DNA from: the human T2T-CHM13v2.0 reference genome, Homo sapiens
Strand: one strand, 5' to 3'
NCBI RefSeq assembly: GCF_009914755.1
Contig: NC_060934.1
DNA: 64,000 nucleotides
Shown: piece after piece, positions 53,076 to 64,000 of the stretch
Numbering within the stretch: position 1 is the first letter of the stretch
How the letters are laid out: every line of letters starts with the position of its first letter
Made by a program: the position numbers and the translations under genes
The notes under the pieces: model-generated
Seen by the model: the letters and a program-made list of their open reading frames with translations, nothing else
Told to the model about the DNA's origin: nothing
Database searches by the model: none

Positions 53076-55459
53076 CCTGGCCTACATCCACTTCTCCATC
53101 CGGCCTGGTCTCCAGAGTGAGATGCGGCTCCAGCACGTCCCTGACGCCTCTGACCCTCCAGGGCTGTGAGCCCGTGCCCCCTCACACTCCTTCACAGGAC
53201 CCCCGGCCCACAGGCAAACCGGGGGAGAGAGGGCCAAGCTGGCGGCAGGGGCACAGCAGACAGGTGGACATGGCACTGCAGGAGGCTAGCGATGGCCTCA
53301 CGGTGTAGCCGCGGGCCCCAGCCTGTGGGGCTGCACTCTAGCTCACTGTGCGTCACTTACACCTCCTGAAGGCTTAAAATCGATTTCACACACACCCAGC
53401 AAGAAGCAGGCTGATGTTGGGGAGGGGCCAGGTGCCTGGGCCTGGCTGAGTAGCATCAGCCTTCAGAGCAGAGGGCAGGGCTGGCGGAGAGGGCCCAGCT
53501 GCATCGTGTCAGCCTCCTGGATGTACTGGGAGCAGCCTCAGGCTCGGCTGGATTTCATGGGCAGGATGGTCATCCACGGGAAGCAGAAATAAGAACCTTG
53601 TGACTCTCTTGTGTGTCCGGGGCCTCAGTCCTGCTCTGGAGGTGCTGACCCAGGGGCCTCGGGAACCACGGTGGGCTCCACGCCATTCACACGCAGGGTC
53701 TCTAAGCCACCGTCCCTCTCCTTCCACATGCCTCCCGCCTTAGCGCCGTGCAGGGGCAGTGACCCTCCCCTGCAAGGCTGGGGCCTCCCCAGGTCACAGG
53801 GGAGAAGGGCAGGCAGGCCCCACACAGAAACTTCTGGGGCCAGATCCGTGACGCTGCCCTCTGACATCAGCGGCATTTGTGCCTCCCCCGGGGGCCTCTG
53901 GGAGCCAGCGGAGGCCAGGCCACAGCTTGGAATGCCTCAAGGGAAACCGCGTGTCTCGGCCTCAGCCTGCGGCCCTCCTGGAAGGAGGGGTGAAATATCA
54001 CAGTGTCCACAGCTGGAGCTCCTGGAGAGCACCAGGGACCCCAGCCTCCTGCCCCGTCAGGCCACAGCATCAGGGAAGGACGGCAGCCCCTGTGGGAGGT
54101 GTGGCAGGGGCGAGGCAAGCAGCCTCCACTGTGAGTACAAAAGCAAGGCTGCCAGGGAAGGGCCCGTGGCCAAGAGCACCCAGTGAGGCCCAGGACCCAG
54201 GGGGAATTAGGTCGGGAGACGGCACCTGTGGTCGGCGAGCAACAAGGACACGCACAGTCCTGTACCGTCCCCTTCCCAGGCCCAGGAGCCACCCGCAGGG
54301 GCTGAGCCCTGGGAGCATCCCAGCCGGGCTCTAAGGGAATGTACAGGGGGCCCGGTGACCTGGGCTGGGTCTGGGCTGGGGCCTCCCGGGTTCTCTCACG
54401 TGTGTTTCGGCCCCTCTGCAGTGTTCAGATGAGGACGGGGCTCAAATCCCCACACTGGGTAGGGGTGGAGCTGGGACCTGTGAGCATTGGGCCCCATGAA
54501 GGGTCCCCTCCAGTTCTCATAAGCACGTCAGGGCATCAGTGGGCTCCGGGACCCTGACCCTGCTCTGCAGATGGCATCTGGGCATCAGCCAGGAGGAGGC
54601 CTCCTGCTCTGAGCTGGTTTTTGGAGAAGCCATTGAGGCACAGAGGAAATGTGGGACTGGAGGACGTCCTAGAGGCTGGGACACCCTCACCGGTGCTGGG
54701 ATCCGGGGGCCCGACACCCCCCAGGCCTCAGCCTCACTGAGCGGCCACCATCGCCCCGAGGGCCCACGGCACTACGCAGCATCCCGGAGCCCCGTGGCCC
54801 TGTTCTGCCCTGGACCGCGCACCCTGCTCCCGGAAAGTCCTGCCTCCACAGACACCCCGTGCAGGCCGGGACCTGCACCCGAGGAGGCACACACCGAGCA
54901 GTCCCTGGTTTCTGCTGCTGCCCTGGGGGCGGGGCCGGAGTGTCCGGGTGCTGAGCACGGCCCCTTCCCTGTGATCGGCGCGCCAGCCAACAGACAGAAG
55001 AGAAAACGTGAGTGCATTAAGTACGTACCTGCTTCTCAGGTCTTTTCATCTTTTTCTGAGAAACATATCCTATTTAATTGAATGAAAAGGAGCGTTCCGT
55101 TATTTTCCAAGAAATGACCATTCATCCAGGAAAGGTGATGGGCTTTTTGAATTTTATTTACAGAAAACTACAGTATAAGATCAGTTTTGCTGTTTACGCG
55201 TTTGCAAACGGCATGGCCGATGAACAAGACGCATCTCATTCGGATTCAGTTTGAGTTTATTCTGGAATTTTGTTTTAAAGACAAAGTTGTTTATAATGGC
55301 TTAGTCTAAGGGCCAGGAAGGTCTCGCCTGGCCCTGCCCTTCAGACACGCCCCCACCTTCACGTCACCCTTCGCCTCACAGCCTGACGGCCACCTCCCCG
55401 GTCACCTGGTAAGGCCCTTTATGGAATCTTCTTCCATGAAGAGAGCAAGAGGAACAACA

Positions 55460-55815
55460 AGCTGTTTTCTTCTCTGCACTCACTCGACACCACAGAACAC
55501 TTCTGTGGCCGGACATGTGTGTCTCCAGGGACACCAGCTGAGTGTCCTATAATTCCGTTCAGCCTCTACACCATCTACCCGGCGATGGTGTCCGGCCCCA
55601 CGAGGGGAAGCTGTCCCACAAGCCACCCGCACTGCAGGTCCCGATCACAGGTCTGGCCCACCCGGATGCTCCTTTCTGACTGGCTGCAAAGTGGGGTTCC
55701 CATGATCCCCTCCTTGGGTTCGATTAATTTGCCAGGACGGCTCGCAGAACTCAGGGAAGTGCTTATGTACATTTACCCGTTTATTCTAAAGGATATTATA
55801 AAAGATGCAGATGAG
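55460..55815 (-). mobile_element. MER21-like LTR, first part
   Basis: gacaccagctgagtgtccta, ttcgattaatttgc...ctcgcagaactcaggga and aaggatattataaagatgcagatga. Confidence 0.65.
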
Positions 55816-55824
55816 AAAGCAGCT

Positions 55825-56180
55825 TTTATCTGAGGAATGTGGGTCCCTTTAAGTTATCAGCCCAGAGAGGCCCTGGAATAAGAGCGGCCGCCCTCCCTGC
55901 CTTAGAGACCGACCGACACCAAGTAGCAATAAATGAGCCTGACATGCCCCACGCCAGGCCGTCACTCAGACCCCAGAGTTCAACAGCCGTTGACTGGTGA
56001 GTCAATGGCGGCCCTGTAGACAGAGGAGACTCCTGACAAACAGCTGAGCTAATCACCAGTCAACAGCCACCCTGTAGACAGAGGGGACTCCTGACAAACA
56101 GCTGAGCTAATCACCAGTCAACGGCCGCCCTGTAGACAGTGGGGACTCCTGACAAACAGCTGGTGTGGGTCACACCTCGT
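55825..56180 (+). mobile_element. LTR-like fragment (ERV1-type, family uncertain) with a 58-bp triplication at 56001-56162
   Basis: tgaggaatgtgggtccctttaagttatcagcccagagagg; resumes after the pseudogene as ttttaaaaacctgcttgtaa (~58050-58072); period 58 at 56014, 56072 and 56130. Confidence 0.45.
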
Positions 56181-56181
56181 C

Positions 56182-58031
<1,850 letters not shown>

Positions 58032-58071
58032 GGCCCCTTGTCCCCTTTTTTGCTTTTAAAAACCTGCTTGT

Positions 58072-63435
<5,364 letters not shown>

Positions 63436-63451
63436 CACCTCCCACGTTCAA

Positions 63452-64000
<549 letters not shown>

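Overview
GC-rich primate DNA, almost certainly human, covering most of ADGRA1 (GPR123, adhesion GPCR A1; known to map to distal 10q26.3) on the + strand. Five coding exons (2692-2819, 4358-4481, 8415-8560, 38998-39096, 40094-41276) join through GT-AG sites into 559 codons plus a stop. They encode a 7TM receptor ending in the PDZ-binding motif ETTV, and the initiator ATG lies upstream of the window. The 30-kb intron holds a 7.1-kb, 42-bp VNTR (~169 units with a five-site variant code and higher-order blocks), a CpG-rich 27-bp VNTR, and a Tigger1 whose 3' end was flipped by a ~1-kb inversion flanked by a 43-bp inverted duplication. Downstream are a 5.1-kb G-rich ~27-bp VNTR with a 1729-bp tandem duplication and a nested insertion stack: MER21, then an LTR, an RPL5 processed pseudogene and an LTR13 solo LTR, plus an L1 carrying an Alu. 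I found no new protein-coding system. The very long ORFs are VNTR artefacts. The strongest leads are the 42-mer variant code, which toggles TF motifs, CpGs and in-frame cryptic splice acceptors; the inversion; and an RFX/homeodomain element upstream of a Kozak-context internal ATG. Repeat family names come from recognition of consensus sequences, not from a RepeatMasker run.
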